Positions 1-14,985 of a DNA stretch of 64,000 nt are shown here, piece by piece. Origin of the DNA: Macrostomum hystrix. Lineage: Eukaryota; Animalia; Platyhelminthes. A program made the position numbers and the translations under genes. Below the pieces are notes generated by a model that made no database searches, was not told the DNA's origin, and saw nothing but the letters and a program-made list of their open reading frames with translations. The stretch is from assembly GCA_950097015.1 (NCBI GenBank), contig CATNEN010000024.1, positions 5,456,001 through 5,520,000 of the forward strand, written 5' to 3'. How positions within the stretch are numbered: position 1 is the first letter of the stretch; every line of letters starts with the position of its first letter.

Positions 1-1601
1 ACTATATTGTAACGAACTTTCAGGCCTTCTTTTGTGCAGGGGTTCGACTCCTTGCTAATGGCAGAGTCGGTATGCTCAGTGTAGGTGAGCAAGCTGCTTT
101 GTCCGCTGCTCACCATCACCTTGAAATCTTCGTGCAGGTAGTGCTCTGAAATTAAACAAAGAATGGACATTTTAAAAAAGGCAGAAATGCCTCGTAAACG
201 CTGAGGAAGACAACTACGAGTATATACTCTTGCGCAATCGAGTGTTTGCTAATATTCCTTAGTCTGTGGTCAATTTCAGAAGCAGAGAGGAACACTCGCA
301 CTAATTATGTCACCTTTGGGCTTCACATAGAGAGCCACTCCCGACGACCTGTCGAATTGAAGTTTTCCAGTGACGCTGACTGCAGACAGTGGAAACCCTT
401 GATCGAATCTGCCATTCAGATCGCTGGAACCGATGAGGCTCTCACTGAACAGCACGAAGGTGGCGCTGGTCTCGCTGGGGTCAGGAAGAAATCTGTAGCA
501 GTTCAGGTACAATTCGCTGTCGACTTGTTCAAAGTGAGCCTGGTTGTTGCAGTCTGTACCGTTTGACAGCTCGCAGCTGAAAAGCAGCGTCTCTGACCAG
601 ATGCCGAATGCACGCTTCAAGAAATGTCGTCCCAGGGTGTGCATCATGGCCCAAACCATATCTTGTGTCACAGACCCTAAGCTTGCAATAGCTCCACTCA
701 CGGTTGGATTAATGCTTGTGTTGGTTAGATTTGCACCTGAATTCACACTTGCAATAGCTCCACTCACGGTTGGATTAATGCTTGTGTTGGTTAGATTTGC
801 ACCTGAATTCACACTTGCAATAGCTCCACTCACGGTTGGATTAATGCTTGTGTTGGTTAGATTTGCACCTGAAGTCACACTTGCGATAGCTCCACTCACG
901 GTTGGATTAATGCTTGTATTGGTTAGATTTGCACCTGAAGTCACACTTGCAATAGCTCCACTCACGGTCGGATTAATGCTTGTGTTGGTTAGATTTGCAC
1001 CTGAAGTCACACTTGCGATAGCTCCACTCACGGTTGGATTAATGCTTGTGTTGGTTAGATTTGCACCTGAAGTCACACTTGCGATAGCTCCACTCACGGT
1101 TGGATTAATGCTTGTGTTGGTTAGATTTGCACCTGAAGTCACACTTGCGATAGCTCCACTCACTGTTGGATTAATGCTTGTGTTGGTTAGATTTGCACCT
1201 GAATTCACTGCGGTTAAAGACCTACTTTTGGGGATGTTAAGTGTTGCGAATGCGGCCTTTATATCGTTAAGCAAGCTACCCATTACAGAAGCAATGGAGT
1301 CATAACTGTGATCCATGGAGGTATAGCTAAGGGGCACGTTACTGCAAAACACCAGGTCGGGAAACTTTGCCGTCTGGTCGTTTCTACCGCTCAGCATGGT
1401 CTGGCCTTCCATGTATTCCTGCAAAGTGAGATACACCTGCACACCCGTGAAGCAAGTCAGGCCGAGGCACAGCAGGAGGCCGAAAATCTGCAGCGTCGGC
1501 GGCTTGTCCGCCATCGGCAGGTGCTCCATCAGGCCGGCTGGCGGCACCGACTCGGATGTCGACGAGGAACCAGATTGAGATTTTTCAGAGCCTTTTTCCA
1601 T
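1..1601 (-). CDS. DEG/ENaC (ASIC-like) amiloride-sensitive channel, N-terminal part; gene runs off the left edge
   Basis: TM1 (LQIFGLLLCLGLTCFTGVQVYLTLQEY), then FPDLVFCS (cf. FPAVTICN), LFSCEL, and LYLNCYRF (cf. YGNCYTF). Splicing 314|313 (AAG/GTGAC) to 146|145 (TTCAG) gives GVALYVKPKEHYLHEDFKVMVSSGQ...NPC in frame. Likely ATG at 1601; the ORF track starts at 1670. Confidence 0.8.
682..1209. repeat. 66-bp tandem repeat, 8 copies, inside the ENaC ORF
   Basis: Unit cttgcaatagctccactcacggttggattaatgcttgtgttggttagatttgcacctgaa(t/g)tcaca recurs at 682, 748, 814 ... 1144. Confidence 0.97.
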
Positions 1602-3029
1602 TGCATCGGTTAGTTTGGGGGTTTCTAGAGAAAGAACGAAATCTATAGACCCATATTTTTTAAATCTCACATTATATGTATACTATTGCTAGTATTTGTG
1701 TGATTGGCTATCTGTATTTGCCATCCAGTTTAGCCATTCCGTTGAGGACAAAGCAGCTAGCTTGTATCCTTGGAGAACGATATCGGGCTTGCCTTCAAAT
1801 TAAATCAAATTGCAAGCAAACTGCGCGTCACATTTTTATGGAATTTTTAGGCAGAAAGCCTTCGTCATCTACGGCTCGTAGCAAAAATGGTAACTGAATA
1901 CGATTTTTATTCCACTTGCAATCAGCTTGATTGCTGTGAGATGACTGCTGCGATGTTGCTCTCATTCACCTCTATTTGGTATTTCCAGAGCACAATTACA
2001 CACTAAGCGTATTTTAACATGCAGGATTTATTGCTTGGTAGTGCCAGTTGAACAAGTTTCATTGTTTAACTATACAGCACCTGATTTGCAACTGATTTGC
2101 CCAGTACCACAGAGTTGCTTAATGACGTGGCACTGGCCTGCTTCCGTCAACTACGAGTACTGTAAATGAAGTGGCTAGTGTAAATCAAGAAGTTCATGAG
2201 TATCAATTTGATTGCACCTCGCGTATGCAAAAGTGCTGATCTGGCTTCGATATGTTGTAGCTAAGGTGTGCTCATTGATTTGCTCCAATAGACATGCACT
2301 ATTAGCGGTATGAAGCAGACTTAGGAGTTGTCCAAGAGCATGGTCTCTCTGTTTGCTTGCTTTTACGTGCTTTTACGAATATAATTTAGCCTTTAGAATA
2401 CCATTGTGGAATGGAGCTTTCCGTATGCCTAAGTTGTCGCAGGTGTCAACTTAATAAATCCCACTTAGCCAGTAAGTCCGTGAGTTGTAATCGGGCCCAG
2501 AATTATTCCCTAACAATAATTGAATCTAATCTCAAATAATACTCGTACAATGGTATTTAATGTTACTCAGTGATGAATTTATATGCGTGACTAGGCTACC
2601 TCCCAATGATTAGAGTTAAGTATTATTTCATGCAGGTAAATGACATGAGTAGTAGCAGAATATGCCGAATTAAAAGGATTTGACGTGAAGACACGCAAAT
2701 TTTACGCAAGTTAAAAAATGTTAAGCACTTCAGAAGCTTATATATTTGATAGTCTGGTTAAAATTAGAAAAGCAGCATTGTACATTAAGGTAAGGTAAAT
2801 CAAAAGTGCCAATTTGCAGAAATCAGTTATCGGAATCCTAAATCAAGCGGTTCCTTGATAAAGAGAGTTTTTCTAGAACATTATCGGTCGTTTATCAATA
2901 CAAAATCTAGAAAAAAATTTGATATATATGTCACTAAAAACTAGACGCAGATAAAAAATCTAAGAAAAAAAACTGGTAAAAAACGTAGAAATCAGTGGCG
3001 AATAATTATAATCGAACTGAGTTCCTGAT

Positions 3030-3650
3030 TAGTCTGACACCAATCCATCTTGACATCTGACACCCATCCTGACAGTCATCTTGAAATCTGACACAGCAAT
3101 CTGACACTCTACCTGAAATCTGACATCCATCCTGAAATCTTACACCCACCCAATCTGACACCCAACATGAAATCTGATACAGCAGTCTGACACCCATCCT
3201 CAAATCTGACATCCATCCTGAAATCTGACATCCATCCTGACATCTGACACCCATCCTGACAGTCATCTTGAAATCTGACACAGCAATCTGACACCCAACA
3301 TGAAATCTGATACAGCAGTCTGACACCCATCCTCAAATCTGACATCCATCCTCAAATCTGACATCCATCCTGAAATCTGACATCCATCCTGAAATCTGAC
3401 ACCCAACATGAAATCTGATACAGCAGTCTGACACCCATCCTCAAATCTGACACAGCAGTCTGACACCCATCCTCAAATCTGACACAGCAGTCTGACACCC
3501 ATCCATAAATCTGACACAGCAGTCTGACACCCATCCTCAAATCTGACACAGCAGTCTGACATCCAGCCTGACAACTGACATCTATTCTGACATGTGAAAC
3601 CCACCCTGACATCCACATTGACATCTGACACAGCAGTCTGACACCCGAAT
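3030..3650. repeat. Composite minisatellite (aaatctgacacccatcc variants)
   Basis: Repeated aaatctgaca/cccatcct/cagcagtctgaca modules. Confidence 0.92.
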
Positions 3651-3673
3651 TGACATCTTGACGTCTAGATAAG

Positions 3674-5560
3674 TCACGAAGAATTCGCTGACTCCGCCGC
3701 TGCAACGCCAGCCTCGACCTCGGCCATGAGCTTCAGGCAGGCCTCGTCACGCCAAGGCAGGGCCGCGCACTGAACACTCACCGGCAGGCCTACGGAGGCG
3801 GCGTCGTGCATGGCGGCCACGGAGCGATGCCAGGCGGACTTGGCGTGCGGATAGACTTTAGCAGCTTCGGCCACGTCGGCCAGCGTCACCCTAGTGACTG
3901 GCACCGTGCCAGCAGGGCAATTCAACGTGTTGAACAGGTTGAAATAGGACAAGGCGCCAGTGAAGCTGCCAGTCTTTGGCGCCAGGTGGACAGCCGGACA
4001 GGCGCCGGCCGGACACAGTAGGGCGTCCAGACCGGCCTGGCGCCAGGCGCGACAGAACTGGCGCCGGGCCATGGCCAGTCGATGCGCCAGCGGCCAGATT
4101 TCGGCGCCGAGGGAGGCGTCAAGCCAGAGTGCGGTCTCGCGCTGGCCGGTAGCAGCGGCGACGCGAGCTCGAACTCGTCGCAGCCAGGCGGGCGTCCGAA
4201 CCGTGTCCAGACTGTGCCGCACAGCTGGCGACGTCTCATCGCCATCCAACAGGTCGACAAGTCGACGACCGCCATCTGAGAAGACGCTGCGCAGGTAGAG
4301 CTCAAAGTAAGGCGCGTCCGGGAGACGCCATTCGACAAGGCGGTGGCCGCGGGACTCCAGGGCAGACTTGGCCAGCTGGACGGCGCGGCGCATGCAGGGC
4401 AGGGCGTCGAACAGATGCGGCGAGTCGTCAACAATGTAGCCGATGACTAGGGAGTGCGGCCTTCAACGGAATTCAGCAGGTAAATAAGAGAACGGAGGGC
4501 AAAAATGCGATAGATTGGACAGGTGCAACAGATAGTCAGACAGGTGTGAGACGCACTCATTAGTATTTTCAGCGGTCCAGCCCAGCGGCGAAAGCTCGGA
4601 GTCCAGTAGGTACTGATGACCCGGCTGTTCGGCGCACATCGCAGACATCAGCAGGGCGACTCCGGCGACGTCTCGAGCCAGCGGGCCCCAGGTGCCGGGA
4701 ACGAGGCGCTGGGCACCCTCGGCGGCGACTCCGAAGCCCTGGCTGGTCAGGCGGCCATTCGTGGGCTTGAAGCCGACGCAGCCGCACCAGGCCGCTGGCA
4801 GGCGGACGCTGCCGCCGAGGTCGGTGCCCAGTCCAAGCGGGGAGCCACCGCCGGCCACCAGGGCGGCCTCGCCACTGCTGCTGCCGCCGGGGCTGCGGCC
4901 GGGCGCACTAGGATGCTTGACGGTGCCATCAATGGGATTCGAACTCAGGACCGACATCATCGACTGCGGTACGGCCGTTCGAACAAATGGCAAGCCGCCG
5001 AGGGCTTTCAATACGGTAACCGGGGAGCAGTCGGCCTCCGCTGGCTGGCCAATCAGAGCAGAGCAGCCGACGCAGGAGTCGCGGCCGGCCAGGCAGAAAT
5101 TCTCCTTCAGGCTGACTGGCAGGCCGCCCAGGGGGCCGTCCAGATTCACACCTGCCCAGTCCGGCTGCAGGAATTCCACAACGCAGTTGGTTCGAGCGTC
5201 CACTTCGATGGCGCGGCGTTGATAGACTAGTAGGACGCGTCGCGGGTCCAGGGTTCGATTCCGCAGATGACTGACGAGCTCAGCTGTTGATAAGCCAAGG
5301 ATTTGGCGCTGCTCAGCTTCGGCAAGGCCGGCTTCAATGGTCGCCGACTGGACGAATTCGGCGAAGCGCGCCTTGGCGTCGGCGAGCTCAGCACGTCGAC
5401 GTAGCCGCCTGGAGCTAAGGTCGGCGACGCGAATGTTGCGCCGACGCCAACTTAGCAGCAGCGAGGCGGCGAAGCTGGCGGCGAGGGTGGCTACGGCGGC
5501 AGCTGCTACCACTGCGAGAGAAGGCCGCCTGATGGGCAGCGCGACTTGAGGAAGATCGGC
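3674..5560 (-). CDS. FAAH: Fatty-acid amide hydrolase (amidase signature family); exons 5560-4557 and 4460-3674; start codon not located
   Basis: Catalytic Lys (PVSLKENF), GGSSSGE, GTDLGGSVRLPAAWCG, C-terminal GLPVSVQC, and an N-terminal hydrophobic anchor. A 96-bp intron (GA/GTGCGT...TTGAAG) joins the two ORFs in frame, 597 codons in total. Confidence 0.9.
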
Positions 5561-5574
5561 CTGAGGGATACGGG

Positions 5575-6060
5575 AGAGGATGCAGAGAAACCCAGAGGAT
5601 GCGGAGAAACCCTGAGGATGGAGAGAAACCCTGAGGATGGAGAGAAACCCTGAGGACTTTCAAAAAGTTTACGGAAAGTACAGAAACCCTGAGGTAGGTA
5701 CAGAAACCCCAAGGAAGGTACAGAAACCCCAAGGAAGATACAGAAACTCCAAGTAAGGTACAGAAACCCCAAGGAAGGTACTGAAACCCCAAGGAAGGTA
5801 CAGAAACCCCAAGGAAGATACAGAAACTCCAAGGAAGATACAGAAACCCCAAGGAAGGTACAGAAACCCCAAGGAAGTTACAGAAACCCCAAGGAAGGTA
5901 CAGAAACCCCAAGGAAGTTACTGAAACCCAAGGAAGGTACTGAAACCCAAAGGAAGGTACAGAAACCCCAAGGAAGGTACAGAAACCCCAAGGAAGTTAC
6001 TGAAATCCTAGGAAGGTACTGAAACCCCAAGGAAGGTACAGAAACCCGGAGCAAAGTACA
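5575..6060. repeat. ~20-bp minisatellite (gtacagaaaccccaaggaag), probably intronic
   Basis: Tandem units begin just beyond the FAAH acceptor CCCTCAG at 5561. Confidence 0.95.
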
Positions 6061-6628
6061 AAAACCTTAAAGAAAAGTGAAACCCTGTGGGGATAACACA
6101 CACTCCGAGGCTGGTAGATAGTATAGAAATTAGTATAAATACAAGTAATAAGGACAAAACTGACTAATAAAAATAAATAAGTTCATTGTTGTTTTAATAA
6201 AAAAACGGAATGGTTAGCCGACCTCAGCAAAAATGTATTTAATAACTTGGAACATTTCCTAAGCACAGTGACTTTAGTTAACAAGTATGTATGCTGCCAT
6301 CAGACAGGACTTCAGATTGTTTAAGTACGAGTATATGCACTTACTTGCCAGTCCAGTGCATTTTAATCCGAGAAAATATCAGGGCCCTACTGTCAGTAGC
6401 AAAGTTAGAGGATTTGCAAAGCAAAAAAGCCAACAACCGCAAATACCTAGTGGCAATTATTTGCATTTTTAAGCCTTTTTGAGCATAGCATTGAGCACGA
6501 TTCGACTGCCGAAGACCAGCTTCAGCAGAAAATAAACGTACATTTAAAATGCTGACTTTAACAAAAATTTTCAATCTTATCAATTCTGATCAACATCAGT
6601 TTCGTTAGTGAAGAGATTCAAGCAGGCA

Positions 6629-6808
6629 CACTAGCACAGGAGTAAGAATGGCTCTTCTGAGCCACTAGCACAGGAGTAAGAATGGCTCTTCTGAGCCACT
6701 AGCACAGGAGTAAGAATGGCTCTTCTGAGCCACTAGCACAGGAGTAAGAATGGCTCTTCTGAGCCACTAGCACAGGAGTAAGAATGGCTCTTCTGAGCCA
6801 CTAGCACA
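6629..6808. repeat. 34-bp tandem repeat, ~5 copies
   Basis: cactagcacaggagtaagaatggctcttctgagc at 6629, 6663, 6697, 6731, 6765. Confidence 0.96.
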
Positions 6809-6837
6809 TGAGTAAGTGCACAGGAGCAGAGAGTGCA

Positions 6838-6968
6838 GATGTACACAACTGTGTGAACGTGTGCCTGCGTACAGTATCTGTATGGTGTGTGCTCAGGAGT
6901 CAGCGAAATGGGAAGAATTGCATCCTCGCTGGCTGCGGGTCTAGTATCACCAAATGAAGTGCCATTGC
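6838..6968 (-). repeat. Dispersed repeat, homologous to 44646-44782
   Basis: Reverse complement gcaatggcacttcatttggtgatactagacccgcagccagcgaggatgc... aligns by eye with gcaatggcacattgtttggtgacagtagacccacagccagcgaggaagc... at 44646. Confidence 0.75.
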
Positions 6969-7023
6969 CTGCAGCCCTCCTGCAATTATTAATTATTACA
7001 AGGGCTCCCCTAAGAAAGTGTGC

Positions 7024-7818
7024 TCAGTGCAGTTTTCTGCTCAGCAGCAGGGCAGCCAGGGTGTTCTGATTCTCGGCGGCAGCCCGAAGCTCGGCTTCAA
7101 CGCGAGCTACTTCCACAGTCAGGCGATCCAACTCGACGCCGAGGCTGGCGGCGGCTCGAGCTCTAGCCAGCTGGACTGGAAACTCGGACACCAGTCCGGC
7201 GGCGTCGGTCAACAGGCCGGCCAGCCGCTGCTCCGACTCCGCGCCCAGCTCCATCCACGCTTCGGCATCTACTCCGGTAGTGCAAGAAGTTAGAGCGGTC
7301 GCCACAGCCGGCTGGGCCGCTGTCAGCAGGCGAGCCAGCTGTGTCAGATCGCGCAGCCGGCTATTCAGGCAACGCAGCCGGCAGCGCGACAGAACCGGCA
7401 GGTAGGGCGAGCGGACGCTGCGACGGTGCACCGACCAGGACTCGAGCAGCACCTCGTCAGCCAGGCGGCAGGCCGAGAGCAGCTCCTCGGCTTCAGCTTC
7501 GGCGTCCATCGCGGACGTCGCAGTAGCCGGAGGCAGCTCACCGAAGGCCGCCTCGTAGGCTGTCAGGATGGCCCGGCAGCGGACTGCCGACGGCTGGGCC
7601 TCGGTTTGCCACGGATTCGAGCCCGAGCCGCCGGAGCCGGTCAAGCCGTCGGCGGAGTGACTCGAAACCGCGACGGCGCTGTCGATAGCTTCGTCTGCAG
7701 CAGCAGCCGCGTCGGCGACAGCTGCGGCCGCAGACGCAGCGCCAGGCGCTGAAGCCGACGATGAGGAAAGAGCAGTTGAAAGTGGCGAGGAGCGCCAATT
7801 GGTTTGTCTTTTAGAATC
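7024..7818 (-). CDS. Hypothetical Ala/Leu-rich helical (coiled-coil) protein, probably a terminal exon
   Basis: GC-rich open frame from a phase-0 acceptor (CTCAG, 7819) to the stop at 7024. Heptad-like C-terminus ELDRLTVEVARVEAELRAA. No family recognised. Confidence 0.55.
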   Translation of the reverse strand, partial: DSKRQTNWRSSPLSTALSSSSASAPGAASAAAAVADAAAAADEAIDSAVAVSSHSADGLTGSGGSGSNPWQTEAQPSAVRCRAILTAYEAAFGELPPATATSAMDAEAEAEELLSACRLADEVLLESWSVHRRSVRSPYLPVLSRCRLRCLNSRLRDLTQLARLLTAAQPAVATALTSCTTGVDAEAWMELGAESEQRLAGLLTDAAGLVSEFPVQLARARAAASLGVELDRLTVEVARVEAELRAAAENQNTLAALLLSRKLH

Positions 7819-8538
7819 CTGAGATTGGCGGGCGTTGAAAAGTTGGCCTCTGTTATTTATCTGTCTGTTATCTGATAATCCACCAGCATTTGAATGGCGG
7901 AGCTGGTGCCAAGTGGATTAGGTTTAATTTCTTTCCATCTTCGATTACCATCTACCAGAATTGCAAAGTATTGCCTAATAATTGTCAGTAAAGAACAAGA
8001 AAAGACACCAGTTCAAATCAGTTGTATTTTTTTAATACGAGCGTAGCATCCAGCAGTGAATAAGCCCACTGGACACAGAGGGAGGGCTCCAGATCCGTTT
8101 TATTTAGCTTGCATGTTTTTTCTTAAAAACGAATAGTTCAATAAATATACTCTGGGGCAGGCGATACGGTTATAAGTTAGCAATGTGATGCACTCTAAAT
8201 CTACAGCAGTCCCAGGCGAGAGAAACCAGCCATGTGAAGCTACACAAAAGACATCGATAATATTTTTTATAGCGCAAACTAATTCCTTGACCCAAACTGT
8301 GTCTTGAACTAAATGATTTTACGCATATCAATATATTATCGAATCTAGTCTGAATTTGAATAGATGCGAGGCTGAAAAAGCACTACAAGCGCACAATGGA
8401 GGATTGAGGAAGCTAGCCAAACTAATTCATTATTTTACAGATGACGAACGGAGTCTACGAGACAAGCCCCAACCAAGAAAACTGTTCATGACAAAATTAA
8501 TAAGAAACAAAGTTGTCTTGCGTCTCAAGCGAACTCAT

Positions 8539-9219
8539 TCACTTCCTGTACCACATCTGGGCGCGCTTGATTCGTTTGATTTTCTTTTGCAATTGAAGCA
8601 CGCCGTAGAGCAGGGCCTCAGCCGACGGCGGACAGCCGGGCACGTAGATGTCCACGGGGATGATGCGATCGCAGCCGCGCACAACACTATAAGAATAGTG
8701 ATAGTAGCCGCCACCGTTAGCGCAGCTGCCCATGCTGATGACCCACTTCGGGTCGGGCATTTGATCGTAGACCTTCCTCAGCGCCGGGGCCATCTTATTT
8801 GTGACGGTGCCGGCGACTAAAATGCAGTCGGCCTGACGCGGCGAGGCTCGGAATACGACACCGAATCGGTCCATGTCGTAGCGCGGCGCGGCCATGTGCA
8901 TCATCTCAACGGCGCAGCAGGCCAGGCCGAATGTCAGCGGCCACAGGGAGCTCTTGCGTGCCCAGTTCATCAGATCGTCAAGGCGAGCCAGAGCGAACTC
9001 CTGCTTGGTGGTGGCGCCGCGGAACGGCGAATAGGGGCCGAATTTCTGGGCATCGTGCGGCACCGGGGCGGCGTCGGAGGACGCGGCAGTGGCGGGGGTT
9101 GTGGCTTTGTCGCTCTGGTAGCGCCGTTGCTGAACTGTGGTCGCAGACGCCGGCGCCAGACTCGAAGGCGAGGAGGCGAGACGAGCAACAGCGAGTCGAT
9201 TAATACAGCTTTGCAGCAT
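8539..9219 (-). CDS. NDUFS7: NADH:ubiquinone oxidoreductase core subunit S7 (PSST/NuoB), mitochondrial precursor
   Basis: [43 protein letters not shown] (4Fe-4S N2 ligands). Arg/Ala/Ser-rich N-terminal presequence. ATG at 9219; uninterrupted 226-aa CDS. Confidence 0.97.
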   Translation of the reverse strand: MLQSCINRLAVARLASSPSSLAPASATTVQQRRYQSDKATTPATAASSDAAPVPHDAQKFGPYSPFRGATTKQEFALARLDDLMNWARKSSLWPLTFGLACCAVEMMHMAAPRYDMDRFGVVFRASPRQADCILVAGTVTNKMAPALRKVYDQMPDPKWVISMGSCANGGGYYHYSYSVVRGCDRIIPVDIYVPGCPPSAEALLYGVLQLQKKIKRIKRAQMWYRK

Positions 9220-9344
9220 CTGCAATAGTTAGGTGGGTACTAGTAAACTGCTAAAGGAATTCACAGACGCCAATAGATCAGCACAGATCAGAACAGATCA
9301 CTTCTCCCGGAAAGATGCTACTAGCCCATCGAGGAATGCTAATA

Positions 9345-10408
9345 CCCATAGACACATGCTTCTACCCATAGAGACACACGCTTCTACCCACAGACACATG
9401 CTTCTACCCACAGACACATGCTTCTACCCACAGACACATGCTTCTACCCACAGACACACGCTTCTAAGACACATGCTTCTACCCACAGACACATGCTTCT
9501 ACCCACAGACACACGCTTCTAAGACACATGCTTCTACCCACAGACACACGCTTCTAAGACACATGCTTCTACCCACAGACACACGCTTCTAAGACACATG
9601 CTTCTACCCACAGACACATGCTTCTACCCACAGACACACGCTTCTAAGACACATGCTTCTACCCACAGACACATGCTTCTACCCACAGACACATGCTTCT
9701 ACCCACAGACACATGCTTCTATCCACAGACACATGCTTCTACCCATAGTCACATGCTTCTACCCATAGTCACATGCTTCTACCCACAGACACATGCTTCT
9801 ACCCACAGACACATGCTTCTACCCACAGACACATGCTTCTACCCATAGTCACATGCTTCTACCCACAGACACATGCTTCTACCCACAGACACGTGCTTCT
9901 ACCCACAGACACATGCTTCTACCCACAGACACGTGCTTCTACCCACAGACACATGCTTCTACCCACAGACACATGCTTCTACCCACAGACACATGCTTCT
10001 ACCCATAGTCACATGCTTCTACCCACAGACACATGCTTCTACCCACAGACACACGCTTCTACCCACAGACACATGCTTCTACCCATAGACACACGCTTCT
10101 ACCCACAGACACACGCTTCTACCCACAGACACATGCTTCTACCCACAGACACACGCTTCTACCCATAGACACATGCTTCTACCCACAGACACATGCTTCT
10201 ACCCATAGACACACGCTTCTACCCACAGACACACGCTTCTACCCACAGACACATGCTTCTACCCACAGACACACGCTTCTACCCATAGACACATGCTTCT
10301 ACCCATAGTCACATGCTTCTACCCACAGACACATGCTTCTACCCACAGACACATGCTTCTACCCACAGACACATGCTTCTACCCACAGACACATGCTTCT
10401 ACCCACAT
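9345..10408. repeat. 20-bp minisatellite (acacatgcttctacccacag)
   Basis: ~50 tandem units with minor variants. Confidence 0.97.
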
Positions 10409-11018
10409 GACTCTGGCTACGTAGAGTTATTAGCAATTTAGAGTTTAGAAAGACATGCTTGTTCGCAACTTTAGCTTGAAGAGTTAGTACATAATGAGAG
10501 CATTCTATGTATTAAATGTTTCTTTCAATAATATATATATATATAGATAGATAGGATTCTTGCAAGTAAATTATAAGGTCCAATACTAACAAAATCGTTT
10601 GTGAAATGGTTCCATTTGATTAAAGCTGTAAAAGTGTTTGGTGATACAAGCAGGCATGCCACAATAAGCAAGCGATAAAAAGTCACCTAGTCTAAATATT
10701 TGAAAACTACTTTAGTACAGCGAACTCAGTTCACTAGGCCAATCTGTACGTATCACAGGTAATAATAACATAGACAAATTGTTGCTTTGCAAACAAATAA
10801 TGTTTTCAATTGTGTAAAAAAGATTTGATCAAAAATATTAAGAACAGGTCACTTTGCTCGATGCTGCATCACCCGATTAACCCTGTTTAATAGGGCTCTA
10901 AATAAGAAAAAAATCGATAAAAGTGACCCATTGCATGATGATTAAACAATATTGTTCTTGAAAACAGACAAACACAGCAGAAGACGAATAGTACATGAAG
11001 ACTATCTGTCAAGCCAGT

Positions 11019-13713
<2,695 letters not shown>

Positions 13714-14297
13714 CTAGGCAAACAGGTTTACTGCGATTTTCACAGGCGCAGACTTCTAAAGACTGTGAACTGTCCACAGACCGGGTGGTGGAAGCACCAC
13801 ACCAACCAAACTTTCAACTCCAACTAATCCTTGTAGCCATTAACAGTAGAATGAGGTATTTGTTTATGTTTCTATCTAAAGTTCAACCTATCGCCATGAA
13901 AATGCAGAACACGGGCTAACATTCTGCACTCTATTCCATGAAACAACTTCCAGAATCACAAAACATTGGCATTGTCGAGATATTCAATGATTCTCGTCGG
14001 AGTGTCTGGAGGCTAGAGCCATAAATGTAGGCAGATTATTTCTGCTCACAAAATTTCATCATTTAACCATGTCGGGTTTCATTGTTGACTATTCTGGATT
14101 GATAAAATTATTTTCATTTTAGAACTAATATGGTTTCGCCATAGAGGTAGATACAGAGCAATGTTATTTGTTCTTGTCACCAGTGTCTTCGACAAGAATT
14201 GCTGAATATCTCGACTATCCTGATGCCGGACGGCTTAAAAAATTGGTTCATCGAAAAGGGCGGAATATTTAGATCTATATGATGGACTTTCACGGTG

Positions 14298-14985
14298 CTG
14301 ATAGTCTATGGGTGGGGTTGACTGGGCTAGGAGGCTGATAGTCTATGGGTGTGATTACACTGGGGTTGACTGGGCTAGAAGGCTGATAGTCTATGGGTGT
14401 GATTACACTGGGGTTGACTGAGCTAGAAGGCTGATAGTCTATGGGTGTGATTACACTGGGGTTGACTGGGCTAGAAGGCTGATAGTCTATGGGTGTGATT
14501 ACACTGGGGTTGACTGGGCTAGAAGGCTGATAGTCTATGGGTGTGATTACACTGGGGTTGACTGAGCTAGAAGGCTGATAGTCTATGGGTGTGATTACAC
14601 TGGGGTTGACTGGGCTAGAAGGCTGATAGTCTATGGGTGTGATTACACTGGGGTTGACTGGGCTAGAAGGCTGATAGTCTATCGGTGTGATTACACTGGG
14701 GTTGACTGGGCTAGAAGGCTGATAGTCTATGGGTGTGATTACACTGGGGTTGACTGAGCTAGAAGGCTGATAGTCTATGGGTGTGATTACACTGGGGTTG
14801 ACTGGGCTAGAAGGCTGATAGTCTATGGGTGTGATTACACTGGGGTTGACTGGGCTAGAAGGCTGATAGTCTATGGGTGTGATTACACTGGGGTTGACTG
14901 AGCTAGAAGGCTGATAGTCTATGGGTGTGATTACACTGGGGTTGACTGGGCTAGGAGGCTGATAGTCTATGGGTGTGATTACACT
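14298..14985. repeat. 48-bp minisatellite, ~14 copies
   Basis: gatagtctatgggtgtgattacactggggttgactgggctagaaggct. Confidence 0.97.

Noticed and set aside
3922-5230. Several overlapping ORFs on both strands
   Set aside because: Alternative-frame shadows of the GC-rich FAAH exons.
6629-6808. CRISPR array (also considered for the other 29-48-bp arrays)
   Set aside because: Units are directly adjacent with no unique spacers, there are no cas genes, and the context is eukaryotic.
8356-8820. Plus-strand 154-aa ORF
   Set aside because: Antisense shadow of the highly conserved NDUFS7 CDS.
8539-9225. Bacterial nuoB in a nuo operon
   Set aside because: It has a mitochondrial-type presequence, no neighbouring nuo genes, and spliced eukaryotic genes around it.
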